In this document: in pieces, positions 1 to 64,000 of the stretch
How positions within the stretch are numbered: position 1 is the first letter of the stretch
Layout: each line of letters begins with the position of its first letter
Source of the DNA: Tubiluchus corallicola
Lineage: Eukaryota; Animalia; Priapulida
Length of the DNA: 64,000 nt
Reading direction: 5' to 3'
NCBI GenBank assembly: GCA_030141605.1
Contig: JAQGDQ010000014.1
Span: 930,001 to 994,000, forward strand
Made by a program: the position numbers and the translations under genes
Notes under the pieces: generated by a model
The model's database searches: none
The model's input: the letters and a program-made list of their open reading frames with translations, nothing else
What the model was told of the DNA's origin: nothing

Positions 1-257
1 ATTGTTTCAGTTTCGATTATAATTTATGCAATTAGGCTGTCATTAAGTTTTTCGTACAGCTCAAGATAGCTCGAACCTACATCATACTGTTTATTCCCCA
101 TATCTATGTTTTAAGGAAGAATCTTCAATGTAGTTTCTAAAGTAACTGTAAGTTAAAGTAATGCTATGACATCTTAACTGCTCAGGTAAACTGGACAAAC
201 CACACGTACACTATATATGCAACAGCTGTTAATTTCTTAGTATCATAATTTACGTAC

Positions 258-385
258 AGCATATTCTTGCAGTTCTTGTTCCTTAGTTGTTAGTCTCATA
301 ACGAGAACATTTTCTCGACGAGTTGCTTCAATTTGCTGTTGCTTCAACTTTTCCTCAGATTCTCGCAGCCCTGTCAACTCTTCAC
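258..385 (-). CDS. WTAP: WTAP coding exon 2 (128 nt)
   Basis: Acceptor ttttaag, donor gtacgt; encodes EELTGLRESEEKLKQQQIEATRRENVLVMRLTTKEQELQEYA. Confidence 0.95.
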
Positions 386-1927
386 CTTAAAATATTGCAA
401 ATGTTTCAGTTAATGTTGACCCAATCTCAAATTGGCAAACTTCTTTAAATAAAAACATTTTTAATAATTTGTTCAATACTGATAGTAAGCAAATATCTAC
501 TTGCCAATGTTGTGATAGCCTTAACTCGTCTTTCTCTCTCTCTCTCTTTCCCATATTGTTAAAAAATTGTATACGTCTTGTATTATCAAGAAGTATGCGC
601 AGCTGAATTTACTATTACAATTTTAGTGTATTTATCCAGTTTGAGGATTTACTGACACCACGCTGACATCCCTATTGCAGTGGCAGTGACAACAAACTAC
701 CAATCAATGCTAGTTTAATACCAGGAAGAGTTTAGGAATAAATTTATACAGGTACAATAGCCACATCTAATAGCATACAGTCAGCTATTGGTTGAGAAAC
801 CAAAATGCAACCAGACCAAACCCGCACAAGTTTAAAAGATGACAAAGTTTTCTCAAATCAAGCAAGGCAACTCCACCAGACATAACACCACCAAAGTGAC
901 ATATTCAAAAATTTATTATTCAAACTGATTATAACAGTTGGAGAAAAAATAAGGCAAATATAAATCATACAAAACAAAACAAATATAACTTGTTACACAT
1001 GTGTCAGTGATGTCTTTTGTGTTCATTAAAGTATTTATAATGTAATTGTTGCACAAACTACACTTGTTTTTTCTAAAGCTTCCTACAAATAACGGAATAA
1101 AACTAAATGAAATTTTCTTCATAAGAAACAAATTTTTTGAGTTACTGGATTCAACTTTCAGATTAGATCTTGTACCTCAATGGAAAAATGTTGTATGCTT
1201 GTTTATCATTGTTACAGTATCACAAATTGAATGCAATTTCATATTAATTGATGTCTTGCACCTTCCTTACTATGGTTTCTACATTTAGTCTGTTTTATTA
1301 TTGGAGTACCTTTTTCTCAACATCTTTGGTTGATCATTCTACTGCTTTTTTGTTTTTTTACGGGATTTTGAAGTTAATGCTCAAATTATGCTTTTTCTGT
1401 TATGTTATTTTTATTTTGTTTGCTTTGCATACTCACAGTATTTTAGAATCTTAAATTTTTGATTAGTTAAATTATAATGTTCTACAGTATTGCATTACCC
1501 ATCATTTAATTGCCAATTAGACGCCAACAGATTTCAAATTTAAATTACGAACAGTGCCAAAATTAATTTTATTTAATCCTAGTTATTTAAGGGTGGCTTG
1601 CTAGATAACCTACGGGTTCTTCGCTGCCCTTCTCCGTTATTACATAATATTGCATGTATTCCTAATACTGTATTTTGACAAGTTTTGCGGAGTTAATAAA
1701 TGAATTGAATTGAAGTTATGCTTTGCATAAAGCACCATTATCATTATTTCATATTTTGATGTCTATTGGTAGTCATACTTACTATCAACAATATTTCCTT
1801 TTTCCTCTAATGCATTAATACGTGTCTCGTATTCTAGTAGTTTACTAATTAATTCCTCTTTGTCAAATTTTTCTAGCTCATCTCGCTGGAGCTTGGCACG
1901 CTTTAGCACAGGTTCACAGTCAGACAT
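258..1927 (-). CDS. WTAP: WTAP / fl(2)d (Wilms tumour 1-associating protein, m6A methyltransferase complex subunit), 5' part; gene continues past the left window edge
   Basis: Minus-strand exons 1927-1783 and 385-258 splice (GT-AG, phase 1) to MSDCEPVLKRAKLQRDELEKFDKEELISKLLEYETRINALEEKGNIVD-S-EELTGLRESEEKLKQQQIEATRRENVLVMRLTTKEQELQEYA, closely matching the WTAP N-terminus (human ...GLRESEEKLKQQQQESARRENILVMRLATKEQE...). Confidence 0.95.
1480..1713 (+). mobile_element. Probable 3' end of a decayed CR1/L2-type LINE in WTAP intron
   Basis: GC-richer stem-loop-like segment (gggtggcttgc...gctgccct) followed by AATAAA and a (TGAAT)n tail, the usual non-LTR 3' architecture. Confidence 0.35.
1783..1927 (-). 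CDS. WTAP: WTAP coding exon 1 (145 coding nt; exon probably starts at 1962)
   Basis: ATG at 1927, PVLKRAKL NLS-like motif (cf. human PLPKKVRL), donor gtaagt at 1782; upstream acceptor ttgttttag at 1964-1963. Confidence 0.92.
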
Positions 1928-2399
1928 TATATTTATATGTTAGCTGTTTGTCTTTCCATCCCCTAAAACAAGGTATTTGCATAGTTAGACCATTGCACTA
2001 AAAATCTATAATCTGTGCTACACTGTACACATTCACTGGTGAGCGATTTTTATCCCATCCGAAGAGTGTGCTTTAACTTGAAACATGAGCAGTTCTAAAC
2101 ATCTAGATGTGGTCCAAAAGTGGTATATAGATGAAGGTCAGATTCTGCCTGACAAATGAAAACGTAATTACCTGCCTGAAACTAGAAAACAAAATTAAAC
2201 ACTTTCCTTATAGCTAAACGCCTACAAAACACTACGAAACACACATACATTCACCTAAAATTGGCTCGATTTGGCTATACCACTTAAATGACTCACAAGT
2301 CGAAAATTAACAATTACTGTGAATAGTGAACTACGAACAAAATAAATACAATTAATTTGGACAGCACAGCACACATAATATCAACATGCTTTTGTAAAA

Positions 2400-2882
2400 C
2401 CATGCAAACAAACTACGCTTATTTTCCTATAATATATAAGCAGCTACAGAAATTTAAACGTTGCTGCAAAATGGCGGTCACGATACAGCAAATTTTCTGA
2501 TAAAATCTCACTTTAACAGCTTTATAAAACTGACACTCAAAATACGTACGTTAAATTCTTAGATCAGCTTATTAAGCAAAATTCTAAAAACGGCAATGCT
2601 GATGTTTCATAATCTGGTCAACGTCTGAACAAAAAAACACATTCCTGCCTAAAAGTGGAAGCAGCCATCTTAAACAATAATGTAAAACAGCATTTTGGGA
2701 TATCCTCGAAAGATCACGTGTCCGAGAACACGCGAGATACGGCAGAGGACTAGTTCCATTCAGCATGTGTGTTGAGTGTGTACATTGTAATTAATCAGCT
2801 GGAGAGCCGTTTGCAGTACTGTGTATGCTTTATTATTAGTACTTCGATCTTGATTTGTAACTGAACTTGGTACACAATAGAC
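2400..2882. promoter_or_regulatory. Putative bidirectional WTAP/SOD2 promoter
   Basis: Lies between divergent ATGs (1927 minus, 2883 plus). Contains YY1-like AAAATGGCGG (2468-2477, +) and AAGATGGCTGC (2661-2671, -), E-box TCACGTG (~2715) and CpG-containing ACGCGAGA (~2730). TSSs are not determinable from sequence. Confidence 0.55.
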
Positions 2883-2911
2883 ATGCTTCGGTCACTTATG
2901 CGGATGCCCAG
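2883..2911 (+). CDS. SOD2: SOD2 exon 1 (transit peptide)
   Basis: ATG CTT CGG TCA CTT ATG CGG ATG CCC AG|gtataa; phase 2 fits exon 2. Confidence 0.8.
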
Positions 2912-5728
2912 GTATAATTTATATACTAAGAACTTAATAATTATCTTTTATAAATTAAATCTGAAAGTATGAAACACTGGACAGACATCCATGTATGTAG
3001 CATATTACATCCTGTATAACCATGTTTAAACAAGTGTTAGTCATACATTAGATTAACTGTTCTGCAACCCAAATCATAAACAAAAATCAAATCTTCGTTT
3101 TAAATATTCGTGAGTTGTTTTTTCTCTTTAATTGCATTTTTGCAGAACTATATCAGTCATGGAGTACAATTATGTAATCTACTCTATCTAATATAGGTTA
3201 GCTTGCAGTTATGTGCGTAGTAAGCACACTTTGCCTGACATGCCGTACGATTACGGAGCACTTACTCCACATATATCAGCTGAAATTATGCAACTGCATC
3301 ACTCAAAGCATCATGCCACCTATGTCAACAATCTGAATTTAGCTGAAGAACAGTTACAAGAGGCTCTTCACAAAGGTATGTGACCAACACAGCTTATACA
3401 AAAAAGAATGTACTAATGTGTATACTTGTTAAACTAGTTCAGCTGTGCCTATATATATATATATATATAAGATGGGCGGGTGCGGATGTGTGCGTGTGTA
3501 AGGTGCATATGTTCGTCTGTCAGTGCATCCGTGTGCGTCTGTCAGTGCATATATATGTGAAAAGCCACAAGAGATGATGATGTGACAAGGATGATGACAA
3601 TAATGCTACAGTGATGATGAGAGAGTGACTGCCATGATAAAATTAACTTCCAGTGATTATTTCTTTGTACATGTTATATGGTGCCTTGGTAGTATGTTTG
3701 CAAACTTGTGTGTTTTCTATGGCATTCATAACATGTCATTGTTAAAGGGACTTCATTTTAATAATGCTTTATCTTTCATGCCCTACATGCCAACAAATTT
3801 ATTTTTCTGACAATTGATTCTTCCAACCAAAAATAATCAAGTTGTGAAGTTAAAAACCAGCTGATTTTTTATTAGTATATCTCGTGATTACTCTCATGTT
3901 CAGGATCACTGTTCAGGTCATTTTTACATCATCTGATTATTATTTAATGATATCTAATAAGACATTACTGCTGTCACTTATAGTAATACAGTTCTGTTTT
4001 GATTATGTCATTTTTATTTCATTGTAGGCGATGTTGCAAAAATTGTTGCACTGCAGCAAGTCATTAAATTTAATGGTGGTGGCCACATAAATCACAGTAT
4101 TTTCTGGAAGAATTTGTCATCTGATGGTGGTGAACCTAGTGGTATGTGAGTTAATGTTTTNNNTTTAATATTATTTTTGTCTCAAAAAGGCACTTCTTTC
4201 CTTGAACCTCTTATAAGCATCATGTTTTTCTTTTTTGGTAAAATAATTTCGATTTGATAGTTACATTGCTTGTACTTTTTGTGAATTATTTATCTGTCTT
4301 GTCTTTTGATTTTGGTTCTGTATCAGTCCTACATTCAAAAGCGGTTGTTTTTATTGTTTTTGGTGATATCTACTGATACACTATACTCTTGCGAATATTT
4401 AGTATCTAGTTGTTTTTGCTTTATTTATTGTCATTTTTTCTTAAAATTGCCAAGGTGGTAAACCAACGGGTTTTTCTTGCACTAATTCTGTCTTATACTT
4501 AACTCTGAAACTGACAGTTTGGGATCATAGAATAAATTTTTGGCGTTACAGCCAATTACATCTAACTGACTGCTCTTACCAAGCACCTATTTGACAGTTC
4601 TTTTCTCTATGGAATATTATAGGTGACTTAAAGGAAGCTTTAGTTCGGCAGTTTGGGTCTTTTGAGGACTTCAAGGCAAAAATGACTGCTGCTACTGTGG
4701 CTGTTCAGGGATCAGGATGGGGCTGGTTAGGGTACAACAAAACAAACGGTGCCTTACAGATTGCTGCCTGTGCCAATCAAGATCCGTTAGAAGCGACTAC
4801 TGGTAAGAATGTGTTGAAGTGTCTAAATTTGTTATTATTTGTTAGAAATATATAACTTGTAGATAATCATTTTGATATAAGAAACAATTTTGACAGAATA
4901 AAAATCCTACATGAAATATACAAATTGAACTTTAATCGCTAAAGATGACTATCCTATTAAGTTTCTATCCTGAGTACACGTTGAATTATTCCTTGCTATG
5001 ATTGTTTTGTTTTTAAGTTCAATAATAACCATTATAGATGGGATTGACCATTGTGTGTTGTCATATGTAGTAATAGTAATAAAAAATTTTATCTTCACTT
5101 ACAAATGTGAATCAAACAGCACTTCTTTGGTGTATACAACTGCAGCAAAAAAATGATTTTTTGCTTGTGGCCTGGTCAGCCTGGTAAGCTGATGATAATG
5201 AGGCTGTAAAGTGAACAATACGGTCTACAGGCATTAAATTTTAAGAGTTTGTTTCAGTTTTAGAGATGCAAAGAAGAGGCCTCTTTGTAATAAAATCATA
5301 AAGTTTCAGTGTCTTTTTTACTTTATTCCTTGTGCATTTATACCATCAGTATTAACTGTAAGTCTTTTTTACTTTACTATGAGTTGTTTTAATATTACAT
5401 AATTTTGTAATAATCTTAATTAAGCAAGATTTTAATTTCACAATTCTTTGCTTAAAAATGACAAATATGCAGATAATACACTCTGATTCAAATGCTATTA
5501 TTGTCATTTTATTTAAAGAAAACTGGTATTAGACATTTCTACTTTGCATTGATAAAAGTATCATTTCTTGTATTTGCAGGTTTGATTCCTCTACTGGGTA
5601 TTGATGTCTGGGAACATGCATACTACCTCCAATACAAGAACGTACGACCAGACTATGTCAAGGCTATCTGGAATGTCATCAACTGGAAAGACGTCACAGA
5701 GAGATTCAGTGTGGCTCGAAAGTCTTAA
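2883..5728 (+). CDS. SOD2: Mitochondrial manganese superoxide dismutase, 5 exons, 216 aa
   Basis: Exons 2883-2911, 3197-3375, 4028-4141, 4623-4802, 5580-5728 total 651 nt in frame. Arg-rich transit peptide [10 protein letters not shown]..., [53 protein letters not shown] and the DVWEHAYY metal-binding signature. Confidence 0.98.
3197..3375 (+). CDS. SOD2: SOD2 exon 2
   Basis: [59 protein letters not shown]; donor gtatgt. An in-frame alternative start at 3209 is possible. Confidence 0.93.
4028..4141 (+). CDS. SOD2: SOD2 exon 3
   Basis: [38 protein letters not shown]; tag/gtatgt boundaries. Confidence 0.96.
4623..4802 (+). CDS. SOD2: SOD2 exon 4
   Basis: [60 protein letters not shown]; donor gtaaga. 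Confidence 0.97.
5580..5728 (+). CDS. SOD2: SOD2 exon 5
   Basis: [49 protein letters not shown]; acceptor tttgcag. Confidence 0.98.
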
Positions 5729-7339
5729 TCTGTTTAATATGTCTTATACTGTGGGTCATATCAGCGCTGAGTCTTGAAGTTGCTTGTAGCTGTCTTGTTT
5801 GAGAATTTGCCATATTATTTCTCTGCCATAAAATAAGCGTTTTCAGAGCTGTAATGTTTTGCTCTGTAACATATCTAAAAATGTATATGAGATCATTATT
5901 CTTGCCAAATTTATAAAATAGTTTTTATCTTTAACCGTTCACTTTCACTATTACATAAATTTTTTGAAATAATTATATGCATAAGTTTTGAGGCTGCTTA
6001 GAAATTATGTGATGTATTAAAATCATACCTGTACTATATAGGAGCTTTGGCATCTTATCAATGAAATCCTTTTACTAGTCATGTACATCCAATTGTAACT
6101 ATCCATATTTCTTACACAAAAACTGAAAGAACATGTTAATTCTGAAGTTGAACAAACATGATATGATGAGACTTTAGAAAATCTAATAATTTTTATATTA
6201 TTATACTGTTAACGTCAGCACAAGCGAACAAAATTTCTTGCAAGTGATAGTGGTTTACAAGGCATTTTCTAGACTTCTGCATGACCCACCGTGCGAAAAA
6301 TGTATGTTTTTGGTATGGCGAAGAAACATGCCAGTTGTTATTGCTTTGTAGTTAGCATACAGTTCTTCTGTCCTCTCTAGTACTACCTATCATCACGTTG
6401 AAGAGCTCAGTTTTGTACTACCTATAATTGTGGAAGTGATGTAATGGTTACCTATCATTTTTATTAAAATTATTGAAATTTACAAGTAAATTTTGAAGTT
6501 TTAAATTACGTAAGTCACTTTTAATGATGATGAATAATCAACTGAAAATCATGTGAATTTGATTACTTATCATTACTCTAATCGTAGAAGTTTTGAATTT
6601 TAAAACAGTGTAAGATTTATTAAAGATAGAACTGTCGTAGACTTTCATTTTTGAAAAACGTTTGTTTTTGCAATGTTTTGTCAATTAACATTAAGTATTA
6701 TTATTTGCAAAAAGTCATCAAATTACCTTCTCAGTTCTTGTAGCATTAGTAAAATTATTCGTAGTCACTGAATGTAATAACTATGATTGTTTAGGAGCCA
6801 AATTTGGGATTGCGTGAAAAGTAAGTTGTTCAAAACCAATTGTATAGTAAAGGCATTATAATGTGCTTCTGCTGTTAAGCAAACAGTTCCCACTAATAAT
6901 TTGGCTTAATTTAGATGTGTTCTGGCCTTAGGTGGGAGAATTAGTTTACAAAAGGAGGCTATAAATGCATTCTGCTCCTATATTAATTTGGTAATAGCTC
7001 CTTTTTCGTTCCTTCGTATTTAGTATTAAAGAAATGAATACCAGTGATTATCGATAATGAATTACATTAACGTAATAATTATGTTTAAATAATGTTGCCT
7101 TAAGAGCAGTGCTAAGCACTGAAGGCGCTTGTCACATAAAAGATTAGTTAAAATAAGAAAGTGCATGTACTACACACACTACTACTCCTTGTACCACTAT
7201 CGAAATGATTACTACTTTCATTGCTTTTACTGTATTTTATTTATCCACAACGTATTCTAGTCAGTATGTTGCAGTCACTCGCCTTGCATCTGTGCGGCCA
7301 TGTATGGTTTGGAAGATTGAAAAGTGTGGGTACAACCAG

Positions 7340-9140
7340 ATTCTGAACAAGTAGATGCGCAATGTGGTAGCAGTTGTTTAGAACAAATCCTTGCTTTGAT
7401 TTATTAATCGGTAGTGCCAAAAAAGCTAATCGAAAACTGTATATACTTTTTTGTTGACTTTCAAAAAGTGCATGACAACGTTAAAAGAGGTGTTCTAATT
7501 AAAGTACTAAAACACTACGGTTGTGGCAAATGATTGAAACCACGATGGCAAAACGTATGTGCAATGTATAACTCCCAATATTTTAGGAAGCGAAACTTTT
7601 TACTCAAATTGTGGCGTGAAATAGGATCATGCAGTTCATGTACCCTTTTTTTGTATTTACCTAAATCCGCTAGTGCGTGCGTTAAAAGGTCTAGGGTAAT
7701 GTGGTTGGTCAGGTCACTTGCATGGGCTCCTGTTTACGGACGGCACAGCTATATTGCCTCTACTAGTAGGCAAAACAGCGAAAACAAATTAGATACAATA
7801 ATAAATTTTTGTTCAGAATACGGGATAAATATAAATGAATTAAAAACTCAGTTTAAGGTAATAAATGCTGACAGTGTTTTTGTTCAGAATACGGGATAAA
7901 TATAAATGAATTAAAAACTCAGTTTAAGGTAATAAATGCTGACAGTGTTTTTGTTCAGAATACGGCATGAACATAAATGAATTAAAAACTCAGTTTATGG
8001 TAATAAATGCTGACAGTGTGGACAAACAACCTTTGGTAATTAATGACCTTAACATCAAACACACTCGGACGTATATTTATTTGGGGGATGTGATTACAAC
8101 TGATGCTTACAAGATGAGCTCTGTAATTGCAAATTACTTGGAGGTCTAGCAGTCCAATGTGCTTAAGTTTCGCGCATTCATAAATAAAAATGAAGATTAC
8201 CCTTTTTGGGTAGATTACCCTGTATCAATCTGTATCATATAGATTAGTTAGCTAGAGAGCGCAAAAAAATTATTGATACAGTTAGAGCTAGTGCCTCATC
8301 AAAGAGGATGATACATAAACAATTAAATACCTCCCTAATATAAACTGTGATTCTATGCAATACTGTCGAAAAATTTCGTATTGCAGTCACATGAATGAGA
8401 CTCCAGTCTCATTAATTAAAATTTGAGACAGCTAGATGGAGTCGCCAACCGGTTGAAAACAGACTGTGTGAATATAGTGCTGTCCAAACTGAAAAGCATG
8501 TTTTAACCACTTGCAAGAAACCGAAAATCTTAGAAATGAGTTCATGAATGTAAATTTTTCTATTATTATTGATGTATTTGAAAATGAACACACATTTGAA
8601 ATTTATTGTCCGGAAATCGCATATATATTTCCCGAAGATAAATTTAATTTTATGTGTCTATAAAATCCCCCTAAATTCTCTAGCATTTTTTCTAATTAAT
8701 CAATTCTCCTTTAACTACAGTCTTATAATATAGCCTTGAATGTTAAACTTAGATTTACCCTTAGAATAGGTCTGTAGGTAGTTTCAGACCATACAAGTAT
8801 GCATTGCATGAAGCCCACTATTTAGATTAATTTATGAAGGAAAAGTTTATATAAGGTCGCTCGACATGAGCAACGAGGACGACTCTCTTGGCTTTCACTG
8901 GCTAACACAGCAAGTCCCTCTGTATAGGCCTATAGTGCTAAGTTATAGATAAAATTATGGTGCACCTAACTTGAATTTATGCTTTAGTGCATTGTGCTAC
9001 TTGTGATAATTATGCTATTCATGTAATTGGTAATATGTAAGTAAACATTTATGATAGTCAACTAACACGATATATTTGTGAGGATGTGAGGATCAAACTA
9101 TAGCTTGTGAAGTATGTATTATCAATGAATTGAATGAATA
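7340..9140 (+). mobile_element. Decayed non-LTR retrotransposon (RT fragments plus C-terminal Cys/His motif)
   Basis: Broken frames with RT-like FVDFQKVHDNV (~7450), YGININELKTQFMVIN and YIYLG (~8070), and C-terminal RLCEYSAVQTEKHVLTTC (~8460-8515); (TGAAT)-like tail near 9125. Many stops and frameshifts. Confidence 0.7.
7806..8018 (+). repeat. Tandem triplication of a 71-bp unit inside the LINE remnant
   Basis: tttttgttcagaatacgggataaatataaatgaattaaaaactcagtttaaggtaataaatgctgacagtg starts at 7806, 7877 and 7948; first two copies identical. Confidence 0.92.
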
Positions 9141-10453
9141 ATTATGTTTTGTAGTGGCCACATTTTAATCAAATCTTGCCCTTTTTATTGTTGGTTTGTG
9201 AACATTTGAAATAGGAAGTAAGAATGACTTAATAAAAATGATTAAACGTTCAAAGTAGTGAGACACAAACAATTAAAGAAATACATATCGGTGATTACTT
9301 TAAAAATGGATAATCGCATAACCTTATCTTAACGACAATCGTAAAAACATTTCTGACAGTTTCAGCCCTGTTACAAATAGCTTACCAGGTTAGTGCACCA
9401 TAGGTTTCTCCCCTGAGCTTTATTAACATAAAAATCATACATCATACGTTATGATGTATTGAAGTTATTTACGGACAGAGAAATGTTATTTTGAGTCTAG
9501 ACCACTGTCTTTCGTCAAGCAAAAATTAATCATTCAGGAAGTTCCTATCAATACATGATTAGAGAATATTCGCAGACTTGTTATGTACAGTATTGTATTT
9601 TTTATGACAGTAATACATAGGCATTGACTTAACCTATGTAGGACTTAACTATGTAGTACATTGCATTTATTTTATCTTTGTTGTTCTTAGTGTGTTATTC
9701 TGGTAACGTCTTTTTGGACTATAGTTTTTCCTGGCTACCCAATGTTACAGTGTATTAGTCTCTAATTATGTAGAATTATAGTCAATAGATTAACTAACTA
9801 ACTAACTTTGTAAACCAATACTAACCGATCCTGTTATCCATTCATTTTTGTTAGATGGCTAACTGACATTCATTGACTAACAGACGTGGCTGACCGGTTG
9901 ACTGATTGACAGACAGACAGACTGACTGACATTGATTGATTGGTTGGTGCAATAGTCTGACTAACTTTGTAGTCCTAATACAATGAAAGTAGTTAAAGAT
10001 CTAAATATCGTAACGAGAGCACAATGATCATTTAGCAATCTCATATTCTTATTCGCATTATTTCACTAACCTAACCTTACTAGTTCCTGTCATCTGCACT
10101 CTCCACTTAGTCCACTATCATTTCCACGTTTTTTGTCTTCCTTTTTAGACCCTACACCTGTACTATTAATTGCATTATAGTCTCACAAGCAATATTTGGT
10201 GACTATAACGCAAACAACAATTTATGTAGATATTATGTCATGTCCATTTTATTAAAATAATGCAGTAATTATAAAGTCCTGTCTGTACTGCATGACATTG
10301 TGTATTGTTGTTTGGTGTTGTAGTTATGAAATAAAAAATTCTTAGCTAGATGGAGCTCTGTCATCATATTCTGTCACTCACTGTTCAATGAAGCCACATG
10401 TTGCCACTGTTACACTTCATCAGTAGACAGAGCTTCAAACAGACGGTGTAGCG

Positions 10454-63038
<52,585 letters not shown>

Positions 63039-64000
63039 AAACTCATCTGACACAAATAATAACTTAAGTCTAGCAAGTGGCAATGATTTTTAAAATCTAT
63101 GTCTTATTATTTAAATTAATTGAGAAAATGCTAGATTGTCAATAATACTTTTATCTGTTATATGTGTAATAACTCGAATTTGATAGTTTTAAGCGATATG
63201 TTACTGGTCAAATTATTTTGGAAAATACTATCTTCCCTGTTAAATTCTAATCTAATTTTACATGTAACAACTCGAGTTTGATCACTTTTGTTGGCAACAA
63301 ATTACAAAGCAATAGAACAGCTAAAGAGAAGATGATGATGAAAAGAAGCTAGGGCAGTTGTGAAATGTGATGAAACTGTAACGAGTTATGCAAACAAACT
63401 TACACTTCTTTTAACATCAAAGAGTAGGCAGATTTTGTAATTTTATGTATTTGGTTCTTGGAGACCTTGAGACCTGAAGTCTTAAGCTTTAATGACAGGT
63501 GGTAGAATCCAGCACGTCATAAATTTCAATGGCTCCATCTTGGCCCCTAACAGTGGGTGGAATAGACAGGACCAAAACATAAAATATGAGATAGAAATTT
63601 CCAGCTTCAGAGACAAAATAGCTGAAGGCAGTACGGCAGATGAAAGTGCCAAAAATCATTTCCCACTGGTCACCTACCCACGTACTAACCTTATTAGGTG
63701 CACTCTACATTCAAAGTCTAGCACATAGGTGACCACTCAGCTAATTTCTTCAACGTTCACCTTGAAACTTACTTATTTTAGGAATGTTTTTAAATACATG
63801 TGAAAATACTTAGTTGCCAATTAAATACATTGTATATAGGTTGTATATTATAGTATTTGGGTAGAAATACATTTTCTTTATTTTGCAAAAAAAAAGATTT
63901 ATGTATGTATACACATCATTTTCACATGTTTGGTCAACATTACATTTGGTTAGCAGTCCTGGTCATATTTTGTAAACTGTACTCAAGTCCTGTGAATGTA

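Noticed and set aside
4161-4163. nnn in SOD2 intron 3
   Set aside because: Assembly ambiguity only; flanking exons splice in frame.

Overview
AT-rich, intron-containing animal (probably invertebrate bilaterian) genomic DNA, not prokaryotic. Most entries in the ORF track are noise, so genes were rebuilt by hand from GT-AG exons. There are three genes. (1) The 5' part of WTAP/fl(2)d, an m6A writer subunit, on the minus strand (coding exons 1927-1783 and 385-258, running off the left edge); the ORF track misses it completely. (2) A complete 5-exon mitochondrial Mn-SOD gene (SOD2, 2883-5728, 216 aa), head-to-head with WTAP across a <1 kb shared promoter, the same arrangement as in vertebrates. 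(3) GOPC/PIST/CAL (coiled-coil + PDZ, 10454-63038), with a 37.9 kb first intron and a long Pro/Ser/Asn-rich C-terminal extension built from symmetric cassette-like exons, plus a candidate frame-shifting microexon. Introns hold decayed non-LTR retrotransposons, a 2.8 kb TTAA-flanked TIR element, several MITEs, a tRNA-derived SINE, microsatellites and a 44-bp satellite with 306-bp higher-order structure. The most unusual non-coding items are a Penelope-type minimal hammerhead ribozyme inside a ~250 bp palindrome inserted in that satellite, and an RTE LINE 3' fragment with a snap-back inverted duplication between perfect 12-bp target-site duplications. All homology calls are from recognition of translated motifs; no database search was run.
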